A model generated the notes under the pieces. It was not told the DNA's origin, searched no databases, and saw only the letters and a program-made list of their open reading frames with translations. Positions 1 through 13,180 of a stretch of 64,000 nucleotides of DNA are shown here, piece after piece. Source of the DNA: Antedon mediterranea (taxonomy: Eukaryota; Animalia; Echinodermata); assembly GCF_964355755.1 (NCBI RefSeq), contig NC_092676.1, positions 14,154,871-14,218,870 of the forward strand, written 5' to 3'. Each line of letters starts with the position of its first letter. Positions within the stretch are counted from its first letter, which is position 1. The position numbers were made by a program, and so were the translations under genes.

Positions 1-14
1 ACAATACCATGAAA

Positions 15-85
15 GCCTCAGTGGTCAATGGTTAGGACATCTGCATATCAAGCAAACGGTTCTGGGTTCGAGTCTCGGTTGGGGT
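15..85 (+). repeat. tRNA-derived element (SINE head or tRNA pseudogene)
   Basis: A-box-like TGGTCAATGG and B-box GGTTCGAGTC; GCCTCAG/TTGGGGT acceptor-like stem with several G-T pairs; followed by a T run; anticodon arm imperfect. Confidence 0.6.
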
Positions 86-329
86 TTTTTGTTTCATTCT
101 CACAGATTTCCTCATCTTATCGTTTCAAATTAATTAATTAAATTTGAAGTGATGTTTATATATAAAATAATATAAATTTAAATTATCTACATACTTATTA
201 CATACTTGCAAAGTTATGAGAAAACGGGAAATCTTGAATTGCGGGAAATGCCCAAAAGGGATTTACGAGGCTTTTAGTATGTTATTCTAAACACATCTGA
301 ACTAATCCTGAAAAATCAGCTTGTTATAA

Positions 330-2800
330 TATAATAATAATTTATTTGGAAGTTACACTTTTGAAACAGTGACACACGTCTTGAATGAAGGTGCGTCCAG
401 AGTAAATAAAATAAAAGTTAGAGAAAAAAATGATTTAACAATAGGCCTATATACAGTACATAGAAACGTAAACTAAATTATGTAAAAGATATAAAAAAAA
501 TAACATTAACAAAAGTAATACAGGATTTAAAAAGCAAAGAACTAATCATTTCCATTGTTGATTTCCATTCTCTTTTTCCATGCCCGTTTGGTGAAACCAT
601 TACAAAATCAAATGCAACTGCAATATTTGTAGAAAGATCAAGTACAGGTGAACCAAGAACATACATTTATTTTTGGTCTATTGTTCCATTATTAAATTGG
701 TTCCAAACATCCAAAAGTTAAAATTTAAAACATTCTGATTACAATTAAGTTGAAGCAGAGCATTAAGCAAAACCTTTGGCCAACGATGTGATTCCATGTG
801 TACAATTCGATTAAAATATTTTATACGCAAGTTATCGTGTGCGACATTTATTGGGAACGAACCCAGTTCACCATATAAGGTTGCACGCGGCGTGTTTCTA
901 GACGCCTTAAGAATATATTTAGCCATTTGTAATTTTTATAATATTTCAATATCAACTTTATATAACGAACACTATTTAACAACAGCTGATCCGTAATTAA
1001 TTACAGGTAGACCGATTGTCCTCCATAATACATCTCCAAAAAACATCCTGTTAAAATTATTACAATTGTTAATTAACGATTTGATATAAGCTATAATAAG
1101 CCTATTGCATTTAGTAATTACATTTTGGAACTTTAGGCCTACATTGTCATTTAGTTTCCTAGAAATATGGACACCGATGTATTTGTAAATATCTGCTTTA
1201 ACAATAAATCTATCCCTGGCTTCCATTGTTTATGACTGTCAATTCTTTTCTAAAAAAACAGAATATTGGATTTAACAAAGTTAAAATTTAACTTCCGTTT
1301 TTTTGCAAATAATCATGTTCGTTGTTGGCAACTAATACAACATCATCTGCCCAGAATAATCCACTTATCAAAGTGTTATTTATTTTGATACCAACATTGT
1401 TTGATACTAGCATTTTCTTAAATTCATTTATGAACATGTTAAATAGGATTAGAGAAAGTACACACCCTTGTACAGAACCTTTAACATCTTCATAAAGTTT
1501 ATCGATCAATCGCCAAATTTTACCCCTAATACCTGATGGCCAAACGGCTATAAGTAAACCGTTTCGCCAGACACTGTCGAATGCTTTACGGAAGTCCAGG
1601 AAGGCCATTTGTGTTTATTTTCTTTAAATCTGCAAGCAGCAAGAGTAACAATATGGTCTTCACATCTATATGTTGCGCGAAAGCCTCTCTGGACCTTAAC
1701 GATATTCCTCTATAGTTGAACAAAATTCTACGGCTAACTTTCTTATGAATAGGAATAATAATGGAACTATTCCAGTCCTTCGGAAATTCTTCCAATTCAG
1801 TAATTTTGTTAAAAAGGCTAAGTAATGATTTAATGATATAAATTATATTCCTTCATTTTTAAGTAATTCATTTGTAATATTGTCCAAACCAGGGGCTTTT
1901 TTATTCTTTGCAAGAGATACATCTTTAACAATATCAAAATCAATAGCAATTCTCCATTATTATCAGAATGGACATCGTAAGAAAGGTTATCTCTAATTTT
2001 TCTAACTAGGCGATCAGTTAGAAAAGCATTACAGTCATTTAAATTCATATTGTCTTTACATAAATTTTCCCAATACGACTTAATACAATGGTTTATCGTT
2101 TTCTTATATAAGGTGATTTCTTCAGAATCAGAAATTTGGATGCAATCAAAAATCCGTGTTACTATTGCCTTTTAAATTTTCCCAGAAATCCTTACAGGAA
2201 GGACCTCCTTTATGAGCTATTTCTATAGAACTATTAATCCTTTTTTCTGTTATTTTATTTTAATAAGCCTTTTTACTTTATGCCGTTTTTCCAAATATAA
2301 ACTCCATAAATCACCAGTATCATTGTTATTAGTGTTATTGTTAGTGTTGCTATTATCTATTATTATCATTATTGTTTCTATTTAAATTAACCCATTTACG
2401 ATGGTGGCGTGAAGCGGCTCTTCTTCTTTCTATGGCAACGTCTACTTCTTTATCAAATCACGGTTTTTGTTTGCAATATAGTACTCTGGTTCCTAACAAG
2501 ATACGATTGTGATTACTACCAAAATTAAATTCTCCCTTTTCATCAATTCAAACTGATTGTATGTGAAAAAAACTTTAGAGTACAGTAAATAATCTATTGT
2601 GCTCTGTTGATTGCCTCTACACCATGTAAACTTACCCTCACAAAAGATATTAGAGTTTAAAATTGTAATGTTTGCATTGTTCCTAAAATTAAGTAATCTA
2701 TTACTATTTGAGTTTGTTATGGGATCAATAATAAATAGGTATTACATTTCCAATTCTTGCATTGAAATCCCCCATCAATAAATATTTGTTACTAGAAAGC
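330..2800 (-). mobile_element. Decayed APE-type LINE ORF2 (endonuclease end + RT + C-terminus), frameshifted
   Basis: Fragments LLMGDFNARIG (~2750-2785), PKDWNSSIIIPIHKK..NYRGISL, FLDFRKAFDSV..QGCVLS..LFWADD, YKYIGV and YGELG; (TTA)n-like tail near 330. Confidence 0.85.
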
Positions 2801-3646
2801 TCCAGGTTAAATCCTTTTTTTTTTAAATTGAAAAAAAATAATCATTGAAACCATTAATTATTGATTAAAACTAGAGTTCGGTTTTAAAATACGCGTGCAA
2901 TTTGTGATATAGGCATAATTATTATGATACTTGAATGTATAGCTCATTAGCTTCCATAATAATTTTTTTAAATGGGGTCATCGGAAAAAAATTGAAACGC
3001 TAAAAATTGTCTGAAATGTGCACTAAATTTATTAGAAATCGATTTTACGAATTTTAAAACTTCTTGTTGAAACGTTTCGTTGAAAATTTGAATTGATTTA
3101 TGGCATCATAGGTTTTCACAAAATGGCGCGTAAGTCATGCCACGCGAACAATCACAAATTCCCTTACAAGTACGGTCCTTGAAGATCTGTAGCATTGTGT
3201 ACTTCATTAAACATGCAATTTAAGTTTAATCAATATTGATTTAGTAAAATTAATTCTCAATCACTACAATTCTAACATGCTGTTTTCAACCATGGAATAT
3301 GCGGTTTCTCTAACTGCGAACGCATTTTATAAGTGTTTGTAATCATTATTTTTCAATTTGATGAGACTCGGAATTAACATCCACCTCTGTACTTTCGATG
3401 GGTTGATTAAGAAATCAATTGTTGCAGATTTGTAACAATTATGTGTGTGTCAACGATTTATATAGGCCTAGAAAATGCATTAACATTGGCATTGAAGCCG
3501 CCTTTTAAAGACCAAAGCGCTTACGTGATCATCGATGTGAACTTTTTTTTTCTAATGTTGCGAACAAATTAAAATTTGTTCGCAACATTTTAAAAAATAG
3601 TGGGCTTTTAATGCATTTAAACACAATACGAAACAGCGTAACTTAC

Positions 3647-3775
3647 CGTTATCAAACGATACACTAATGCCATATTGGTTGAGTTTACTCCATGAAAAAC
3701 ACCGATGTCCACTCTGTGTATAAGATGCCTTATCCCGATATGTTTCACCGTTTCCGGTTACACAGCCACCATGTA
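3647..3775 (-). CDS. Kringle-domain protein, exon 4 (N-terminal half of kringle 2); gene continues left of the window
   Basis: ttccag| acceptor, |gtaagt donor, phase 1-1; encodes HGGCVTGNGETYRDKASYTQSGHRCFSWSKLN, matching the kringle C-x-x-G-N-G-x-x-Y-R...T-x-S-G-x-x-C-x-x-W pattern. Confidence 0.85.
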
Positions 3776-4693
3776 CTGGAAAATAGATCACTAAGTTACA
3801 CTATTTCACACTCAGCTATTAACACCCCCACTCCCCTTTTTTTTAGTAAAATGTAAATCATCTGTTCTATTCTCATGTAGACTTACTATTAGGCATCTAG
3901 TTTGTATACTCATTGAAACAACAATCTCAGTCCACCAAACGATTATCCTAATTGTACTTACAAAGTGGAAGAAGTTATAAAAAAAATGAAATATCTAGGT
4001 GATTGTTCTAAATGATACGATTTGATTAATAAAACAGCCACAGGAAAAACGATAAAAATTCAATCTGTGTAGTACAGTATATAAGAAAAATATCTATTCG
4101 GTCTTCATTGTGATATTCGATTCCATTAGATCATTTATTTATTTTTTGTTTCATTATTATCATTATTTATAAAAAGAGAACGTAAATGTATCAATTCCAT
4201 TTGTTGTAGGCTATTAATTCTTCTTTGTAATTTGCTAAAAATGAATAAACCAGAAATGTTTCTTACAAAAAACACCGCTTAACGTTTTGACGTAACAGTT
4301 TTAATCATTGTTCTTTCTTCAGATATACCGTAATGATTTATTATATCAATTATTCTTGTTTACCAATCAGTAGTAAACATTTTGTGTAAATATAGTCTGG
4401 CCTATTGTACAGTACAAAAATAAAAACTAAACTACAGTATAATTAGGTACATTTTCCAGGGTAGGAGCATTAATCTCTAGCGACCCGGCCCACATAAAAA
4501 AGAGTGTTTATTTAACCTCATTCAAAGAATTTCAATACATTATTTTCCCGTTTGTTGGACAGTCCTCAGATACAATGTGACTTTACGGCACACGTTAGAA
4601 AATTCTTACGCAGTGTGTTGATTCGCGTCAATCAATCAAAGGGCGAGAATCCAAATCGTTCAACCGTGGGCCCTCATGGGACTCTCTTTTCCC

Positions 4694-5751
4694 GGGTGTC
4701 ACGAAACCTAAGACCACGAAAGCTAAGACCCCCTAAGACCTAAGATGACGAAAGCAAAGACCCAAGACCAAGATTACAAATATTTATCTTTCGCACCTGC
4801 CTTGTATTTTAACTCCATTTATTCTGAATGCCACACCTTAGAATTAGCACTTTTATGAAAAAGAATCACATAAAAGTAACAAATACATTTTTAAATTGAT
4901 GATTTGACAGACGTTTTTCTCGCACACATATTGTTTGCGAATTTCGCAAGACTAGGTAGGCCTACCCCATGTTCAATATTTTTGTTTCTATGGAACGTCA
5001 AAAGAGCAAAAGTTATATAGAGGGCTGAAAACTCTGTGGAGTCCATCTACAGTGTGGATGGAACAATGTAAAATTAAAATTGTAATGATAATAGTATAAT
5101 CATGCTAGTACGAAGAAATAAATACTGGAAAATATTTTAATTTAAAAATCATGATAAGTTTTTTGTTTCGTTTTCTTTTTGTTTTTATACTTGTACTATT
5201 ATTGTTGCTCTTTTGGCGTTCCATAGAAACAAAAACATTAAGCATGTGGAGGAGTTACAGTAGGCCTATACAAAGAAACACGTCTGTAAAATCATCAATT
5301 TAAAGGATTTATTTATTTGTTTTTATGTGTTTCTCCTTCTGAAAGTACTTATACGTCCTAATTTTTAAGTGTGGTAGTCAGGATGAAGTTACTTAACAAA
5401 TTTGGAGTCAAAATACAAGAAAGGCAGGTGCGAAAGAAAAACATCCTCTGAACCAACACAATGGAGTAAATATATACCAACAAACAACCCTTCAAGTTTG
5501 TTTGTTGTAAAGAAAAAATATACATTTACTCAACGGGCGAAAATAATGTGAGTTTATCTATGTTTTGCGGTAGTATTTAATTATATTTATGGTAATAAAT
5601 GAAACCTACTATGTTTAAAATTATGTATGGATAAACAAGTATTGTTTTTAAGCTGTAGTATATCTTAGAATTTGTAGTCTGGGGTCTTAGCATTCGTGAT
5701 CTTAGGTCTTAGGGGGTCTTAGCTTTCGTGGTCTTAGGTTTCGTGACACCC
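4694..5751. mobile_element. Non-autonomous foldback DNA transposon (MULE-like MITE)
   Basis: TIR GGGTGTCACGAAACCTAAGACCACGAAAGCTAAGACCCCC / exact reverse complement; 10-bp TSD CTCTTTTCCC at 4684-4693 and 5752-5761; inner arms ~4790-5010 and ~5200-5435 also inverted. Confidence 0.9.
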
Positions 5752-6004
5752 CTCTTTTCCCAGACGTATTTGGGTCGAGCAGCATGGACCTATACATTAG
5801 TTGAGTTTACAAAATTCCAAAACTATCAGCAATAAATATAGCTTTTGCGTTGATAAAGCCTCTTAATAATTATGTCCTCTGGAAATATAGCTGCCTAGAG
5901 GCGAGGTGCGAAAACCCATGGAGCTTTTGGAGCTTTTCCTATGCAAACAAATTGGACCTTTACCAATAACATTAAAACATATATAGAACGCTGTAGATTC
6001 TTAC

Positions 6005-6124
6005 CCGAACATGGGTCAATAACGCAATACTCCTTCCTAATACTTCCAGAATCGTCTTCGTAATAACACCATGGCCCGGATGACTCACCAGGATCAGGCC
6101 AACGGCAGTAGTTCTTGTCTAACT
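6005..6124 (-). CDS. Kringle-domain protein, exon 3 (C-terminal half of kringle 1)
   Basis: ttacag| acceptor, |gtaaga donor, phase 1-1; encodes LDKNYCRWPDPGESSGPWCYY...KEYCVIDPC (kringle NYCR-P-D..GPWCY..EYC...C). Confidence 0.9.
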
Positions 6125-6169
6125 CTGTAAACATATATTGTAGAGTACATTTATAATTAAATGCGCTAT

Positions 6170-7715
6170 ATTTTTTTTAAATTATTATTTCATCATATAA
6201 TACATTACAAAGAAAAAACATAATCAAATAAAAAATTAAAATTAAAAGCAAACAAAAACAACAAAGATATCCATCTAACAAATTAAATAAAGGTTCATAA
6301 AAATTATTCTAATCTCTAACCATTTCATATTTGATTTATAAATTCTTCTAATTTTATCCATTTTCTATTAAAAGTACTGTCCTAAAAATTCTGATGATAA
6401 ATACAATTGTCCGTTTCATAAAACCTTTTAAACTCGTTCATAACCATTTTCATAGTTGGCTTACATTTAACTAGTTTACATTTATAAATAAATAATTTTA
6501 CAATTAGAATAATTGCATTAATGGCTTCTAAATTAAAAAAACTGATGCGCATCTTGGTATCCGAAAATTATGCTCTCTTTATTAAAAATAAATTGCACTC
6601 CAGTTTTTTCTGAATTTTTTTCCTGGAGGAGGTTCCATATCCTTTTTACTATTGGACAATTACAGAACAAATGCTGAATGGTTTCAATTTTACCATCTCC
6701 AAATGAGCACGTTAAAGTTTCTTTTATATTCATTTTAAATAATTGTTCATTTGTTGCAATTATTCTATTTACAATTTTATATTGAAAATATATTAAAACA
6801 AAATTTATTGTACACGTATGTGGAGCTAGGTATAAGGTAGATTGTTTTCCATTGTTCTTTATTGAATACAAATTTATTTTCTGCCCATTTCTTTTGTGCT
6901 TTCCATGATTTAAACATTGAGTTATTTAAAACATCATAAAGAATACGACATCCCTTTCTTTGTTGAAAGAGTACTTTTATATGAAATGGAATATCTGGCA
7001 AAACTGTTTTTTTAATTTCACATATCATTAAATTGTTAAATTTTTCCATAAGAAGCCTTCTTAATCCTATTAATTTTATATAATTTATCTTAATACCATA
7101 GGTATCTTCGACTTCTTTTTAGTCGCGTGGACGCGACTCTATAGTTTACTATGTCGGTCGGTCTGTCTGTCGGTCTGTCTGTCGGTCCGGTATCACTATG
7201 CGTTTTAGCACGCGACTTATGGCTGTTGGCCTTGTTTATTCATAAATTGCCCATTGCTGTTAAACAAATCATTAACAAACAAAATACCTGCTTTTTCCCA
7301 ATTTCCATATCTTATACATTCGTTGCCTATTCTTATTATTTCATTATTCCAAATTTGCATTCGTAATAGCTCGTCAACAGACTTTGGATAATAAATAGAA
7401 ATGAAATTACTCCATGCATCTATTACCTCTTTCCAGAAGATATTTTTAACATTATCTCTAATGCTGGACAGACGTTTACAATTCGTTTCAAGTTGCATAG
7501 AGTTAGACAAATTTGTTGTGTACTTAAATAGCTTAAATATTGGGTTGTCTTCGGATTTATTGTTGAAAATTCTACGCAACCAAGTTATTTTTAATGACAT
7601 AACAAAAAAGTTTAAATCTACCATTCTTAATCCACCATGTAAGTAATCACTTTTCATTTGATGCCGGTTTATTTTATCAGGTTTGTTTTCCCAAATAAAA
7701 CGAAAAAAATAAATT
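6170..7715 (-). mobile_element. Decayed L1/Tx1-type LINE, 3' part of ORF2
   Basis: FIWENKPDKI..GGLRMVD..LKITWLRR and zf-RVT-like FQYKIVNRIIATN..CSF..ETIQHLFCNC..IW; frameshifted and interrupted at 7116-7237. Confidence 0.85.
7116..7237 (+). mobile_element. Minimal Helentron-type non-autonomous element (HINE/DINE-1-like)
   Basis: T-run start, AGTCGCGTG..ACGCGACT hairpin, (GTCG/GTCT)n microsatellite, second subTIR CACGCGACT and 3' GGC..GCC stem ending TTGTTT; inserted in a LINE ORF. Confidence 0.75.
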
Positions 7716-7733
7716 ATTAAGACGTACGCTATA

Positions 7734-8908
7734 TCTATATATAAATTTACGTAAGGACAAAATTCGGTAAATCGCGCGTTACTTCTAGAATGTTTACTCG
7801 ATGGTATATAAAGTTGGTTCGTACTTTCGGTACTGATTTTAACCACCTGATGTAACCCTGTTTACTAATTAAATTGAGTCAGATAATTAGTTATTGACAA
7901 TAAAAACGAATTTAGGTTCAACGATTTGCCCCAAATAGGGGTGTTTTCCGATCGTGGTATACACTGTCTAATACATGTCCATCGTGAAAAATACCCGCAT
8001 ACAATAATACGAGGATGCTTCGCATTTTCCTATCTCCTCCTACGATAACTGTTTTTAATGGCTGAAAACCAGTTGAACAGCTCGAGTACAGCATCATAAT
8101 GTTGAAGACAGGCCGATTTTCTTTTAAAAATACTATTTTGATAGATTTAATATACGTTTATAGAAATGTATTGATTTGCAATGAATGGAACATTCCAAAT
8201 TATTGCATACCTCCATGGTTTAACACAAGTAGGTAAATTTATAGACCCTTGGAGAATAAACAGAAATAGTATTGTAATGCTATACAATACTGCAAATAGG
8301 TATTAACCACTTTTGATCGCCATTTGAATAAAAAATGTGTTGGTACTGTTAGATATAATATAAACAAATATACTAATAAACGTTATCACTGTGAGTGTGG
8401 GTAGCCCCTACTTTTAGATTATAAACACATAATAATATATACTTTATTACTGTCAGTTGTTTCTCAACGTTTGTATTAATTAATAATTACATAAATATTA
8501 ACGTGTTAGTGGTCTTTAAATGTACTTTACTATTTCAATCGACCATGAGACAGTGACAGTTTTAATAAAGTACGGTATTAAATCGGAAATGTTTTACTCT
8601 AGTTAGTGGTATATTATTTATAGGCCTATATAAAAAAAATATTTCGTTACTGATTGGATAATAAAGAAATATAAAGAATAACTTAACAAAATTGGGTTTG
8701 TTTAAATGAGTCCAAATAACAAATTTCGAGTCATTTTTTGACAAGTTTCTAGGTGCTAATTTTGGTTGACTACATAAATCATTGTGTCTATTTATTTGTT
8801 TCTGTAAACGACAATGTTTTATAGTCCCGCCGTACGTACATTTGAAATCGCCAGTTTTTTACGCTGAAATTAATATGTATTCGAGAACCATCTGTAGGCA
8901 CGAACTAG
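7734..8908 (+). mobile_element. Non-autonomous Helitron-like element, family A copy 1
   Basis: Starts A|TCTATATATAAA and ends CTAG|T; near-identical over long stretches to 14692-15688. Confidence 0.7.
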
Positions 8909-9199
8909 TTAATTACAATTATAAACACATAGTAATATAAACTAATAATCGCTTGGGACACAAACAACGAAGCAAACCATAGGATGCAGGCCAAGAAGAA
9001 GATCGTGCCGCTAAAATAAAATCTAAAATCATATAATATTAAATAAGTCATATAATAATAAAAAGTAATTTATAAAAAAATAAGCCTAATACAAAAGAAT
9101 CTAATAATAACAGTAGTTATAGGCCTACGGATAAAAATAACCTACCTACTGCTAATAACATATCTAGTAAAAATATAGAGCCAGAATACAACAAAGGTA

Positions 9200-9943
9200 A
9201 AAATAAACTAAACGGTCTTAAAATGGGAATCTAAATGTTCGAAGTATCATAAATAAAATTGACGAGATAAAATTCCTTCTGTCCAAATTACAATTAGATA
9301 TACTAGTTACAACAGAAACTTGGTTAAACGAAAGTTATACAGATGCACTTTTTAATGTAGAAGGCTACACACTAATCAGAAAAGACCGTTATCTAGTTTT
9401 ATCAAATAAGAATGATGATGGATGGAGTAATTTATTATAAAGGAAGGAATCTCATGTGTTCACAGAGAAGATCTTAATCTTGACTTTGAAGATATAGAGA
9501 TCGGATGGAAATAAATGATAAATTTAATTAAAATATTTTTATTGTAAGCATATACAGACCACCTGATCCTAAAGTTTATTTTTTTGGAATTTAGAAAATA
9601 TGCTTGAAAGGTAACAAATGAGAACAAAGAATTTATTAGGAGATTTTAATATTGATTATACATTTGATATTGACTTTCATAAATATCCCAATAATGAACT
9701 TGAAAATATGTTTCAATTAACTCAGATTGTTAAAAATAAAACTAGGATCACACACAAATCAGCGTTATAGACCTAATATTAACATCGATTCCCAAACGCC
9801 ATATGCTAACTGGAGTCGCTCATATCGCACTAAGCCACCATTCTTTAGTTTATACGTGTTTAGAATATGTAAATAAAAGCAATAGACACAAAACAATTAC
9901 TTTCATTGAAGAAATACATGAAAATAATGAGATGAAAGAATTA

Positions 9944-9984
<41 letters not shown>

Positions 9985-10120
9985 TAATGCAAACTCTATA
10001 TGGACTAAATGGAAAGATTCCTTCCCAGATATATGTAACCGCCACGCTCCATATAAAACATTGAGAGCAACACATAACCTATCACCATGGATAACATCTG
10101 ATATAATCCAACTAATGTAC
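9200..10120 (+). mobile_element. Decayed CR1/L2-group LINE, endonuclease region
   Basis: Broken NVRSIINK, TETWL, IRKDR, YRPP, GDFN and PWITSDI motifs; contains an (AAT)n microsatellite at ~9944-9987. Confidence 0.8.
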
Positions 10121-10636
10121 ATAGTGAACTATAGAGTCGCTTCCACGCGACTAAAAATAAGAATAGCCCATAAAATAAATTTTGAAAATTTTAAGCGGGC
10201 GTACGCATGCGTTACATGCGCTACGCACGTAATTGTATTGCCATATGATGATTTATGCCCTGAAATTTATGAGTACCAAATTTTATTTAATTGTGATTCA
10301 TGGTTGTGAAGATATGATTACAAACGTGATTTCGTTAAATCGTGCGTAGACCGCGTAATTTTTTATTGCGCACCGTGAAAACATAACCACATTGATTCCT
10401 GGCCATAAGGAATATACTGTGAAAAATTGACCTAGCTAGATTAAACTGATATCAAGATAAGGTCAGAAAGCGATAAAACGCATAGTGATACCGGACCGAC
10501 AGACAGACAGACAGACCGACAGACAGACAGACAGACAGACCGACAGACAGACCGACAGAAAGACAGACCGACCAACCGACCGACATAGTGAACTATAGAG
10601 TCGCTTCCACGCGACTAAAAATAAGAATAGCCCATA
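10120..10636 (-). mobile_element. HINE-family copy bounded by a duplicated terminal segment
   Basis: CATAGTGAACTATAGAGTCGCTTCCACGCGACTAAAAATAAGAATAGCCCATA occurs at ~10120 and ~10584; (GACA/GACC)n microsatellite; body is the reverse complement of ~22730-23120. Confidence 0.75.
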
Positions 10637-11089
10637 TTGTAAACTTAAGTTTATCTAGGAAACCAGTATATTAAAAATGTTTCACATATTAGGTACATAG
10701 GACATTGATGACAAAACATCTGTTAGTGCCAAATTAAAAACTTAATGATAACATTAATTCTAACCTAACACGCATTGTAGTTCAGTCAATCTAATGATAT
10801 ACCCACCACAAATTGTATTTTTGAATTCCATATAAAGTGTAGAATGAAATAGTAAAAGTCACCGAAAATTCAAGCATTGAATGAAGGGTCAGAGGTCAAT
10901 AAAGGTAATTTTAAGTCAAAATTAATATGGACCATTAATTACATAATATATTTAACCATTTGAAACACATCATATACAAGTGTGATTTATGTTATCCAAA
11001 ATCTTATTATTTTCTATTCAGTGATATCAAACTTATTGTCAAACATTTTATTTAAAATTTCATTTTTTGCGGAAACCAATTTCAATACA

Positions 11090-11640
11090 ACATTTATTCA
11101 ATAATGGTTAGGCAATACAAGAATAATAAACAATAAGAAACAGTAATACAATACAAAAACAAGAAGAGGTAAATAAGAGAAAGGAATGCCATCAAAAAGT
11201 CAAAAACTTGTCTCACCATGACCCCGAAAGAGAGAAAAAAAAAACTGTTGATACAGTAATCAATATTTATTTTTTAATTTACTTTTAAAAGCTGGTAAAG
11301 AAACAGAATTTTTAATTGAAGCATCGTGATTATTCCATAAATTAGGACCAGCAACAGAAACAAAAAATCGATTCTGACGAAGGGAACTCAAACAGAAGGA
11401 TTTCTAAACTTATATGAATGTTTTTCTTAATAGTATCTAACAATTTTAACACATGAATAGGAAGCGTTTTCTTACTGAAACATAAATATTGCTAATCGTT
11501 TAAATAAAGGTTCAGATGGAAATCGGTAAGAAGATGGTATAATAATTCTGGCTGCACGTTTTCTGTAATTTAACAAGTTTATTTAAATTAGAAGGATAAT
11601 CTGAAGCCCAAATGATATTGCAGTATTGTAAAAGTGGTGA
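11090..11640 (-). mobile_element. Decayed 3' end of a CR1/L2-group LINE
   Basis: Reverse strand reads YCNIIW..KRAARII..GPNLWN, followed by a T-rich 3' UTR ending in AATAAA. Confidence 0.65.
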
Positions 11641-11653
11641 TGCTATTGTCTAT

Positions 11654-12180
11654 GGGTTTAGTGTTACTGCTATAGCTCGGAAAGCAGTTGTGGTCGTTAT
11701 TTATATGCAATTGTGCTAGTCAAATCTAAGGGTTTAGTGTTACTGCTATAGCTCGGAAAGCAGTTGTGGTCGTTATTTATATGCAATTGTGCTAGTCAAA
11801 TCTAAGGGTTTGGTGTTACTGCTATAGCTCGGAAAGCAGTTGTGGTCGTTATTTATATGCAATTGTGCTAGTCAAATCTAAGGGTTTGGTGTTACTGCTA
11901 TAGCTCGGAAAGCATTTGTGGTCGTTATTTATATGCAATTGTGCTAGTCAAATCTAAGGGTTTAGTGTTACTGCTATAGCTCGGAAAGCAGTTGTGGTCG
12001 TTATTTATATGCAATTGTGCTAGTCAAATCTAAGGGTTTGGTGTTACTGCTATAGCTGCTATTTCTGTTATAGCTTAAAAAGTAGTAGTGCTTTTGAAGT
12101 GTATGTGTTTGATGTTACTGCTTGGTCGCTACTTATATGCTATAACGCTGTTCAAATCTAAGGGTTGGGTGTTACTTATG
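11654..12180. repeat. 76-bp minisatellite, five near-perfect copies plus degenerate tail
   Basis: Unit GGGTTT(A/G)GTGTTACTGCTATAGCTCGGAAAGCAGTTGTGGTCG...CAAATCTAA starts at 11654, 11730, 11806, 11882, 11958 and 12034. Confidence 0.95.
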
Positions 12181-12209
12181 CGCTAGTAGTCTTGTTTTGC
12201 TAAATTTGA

Positions 12210-13180
12210 TAAAATGTGGATATGTATAGACATCACTGAATCCAAAAAGTATTTGCTTCATTTTTTTTATATGCAAGAGGGAGTTGGCAGCCATTGCAAA
12301 ATGGCCGCCATTTTTTGCAAAATTGTTTAAAATATTGTAAGTTTATGAGATTAAAAGATGTTATCGAGATAGACATTAAATCATAAAAGTAACACTAAAT
12401 GTTCAAATAATATATCACATCATTTTTGTAACTGAACAATCCAAACTGGCCGCAATTATGCCTAAAATGGCTGCCATTTTGTCCAGTATGGCCACCATTT
12501 TATCTAAAATGGTCACATATATCAATCAAATATTTTTTTTTAAACTTTTATTTACATATATTTGGTAAAAATTGGATATGTTGTAGAATAGACATCACTG
12601 AATCCAAAAGTAATTGCTCCATTTTTTTCATACGCAAAGGGGGTTGGCAGCCATTTAAAAATGGCCGCCATTTTGGACAAAATTGTTTAAAATATTTAAA
12701 TATTTTAAGTTTATGACATTAAAAGATAGAAATTGAATCATAAAAGTAACAATAAATCATTTGTGTAACTTAACAAGCCAAAATGGCCGCCATTATGCCC
12801 AAAATGGCTGCCATTTTATCCAATATGACAACCATTTTATCTAAAATGGCCGCATACCAGTAAAATACTTTTTTAAAACTTTTATTTACATATATTTTGT
12901 AAAAATTGGATATGTTGTAGAATAGAAATCACTGAAACCAAAAAGTGTTTGCTCAATTTTTTTCATAGGCAAGGGGTGTTGGCAGCAATTTCAAAATGAC
13001 CGGCATTTTGACAATTTTTTTTTAAATATTGTAAGTTTATGGCATTAAAGGATGTTATGGAGATAGAAATTCAATTCTATAAGTAACAGTAAATGTTCAA
13101 ATAATATTTTACATTATTTGTGTAACAGAACAAGTCAAAAAGGCTGACATTTCAACCAAAATAGTTATCCACTTTGACCA
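12210..13180. repeat. ~340-360-bp tandem repeat, about three diverged units rich in AAAATGGCCGCCATTTT
   Basis: TAGA(C/A)ATCACTGAA..AAAAGT recurs at ~12227, ~12589 and ~12922 with the same downstream order of motifs. Confidence 0.8.

Noticed and set aside
15-85. Functional tRNA gene
   Set aside because: Mismatched anticodon stem, atypical loop and many G-T pairs; better explained as a SINE head or pseudogene.
7217-7846. 209-aa ORF as a novel fusion gene
   Set aside because: Spans Helitron, L1 remnant and HINE junctions; no splice or start support.
9803-10309. 168-aa poly-Asn ORF and antisense poly-Leu ORF
   Set aside because: Chance read-through of a LINE remnant, an (AAT)n microsatellite and a HINE copy.
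11654-12060. Regular array that might be taken for CRISPR
   Set aside because: Whole 76-bp units repeat with no unique spacers; eukaryotic context and no cas genes.
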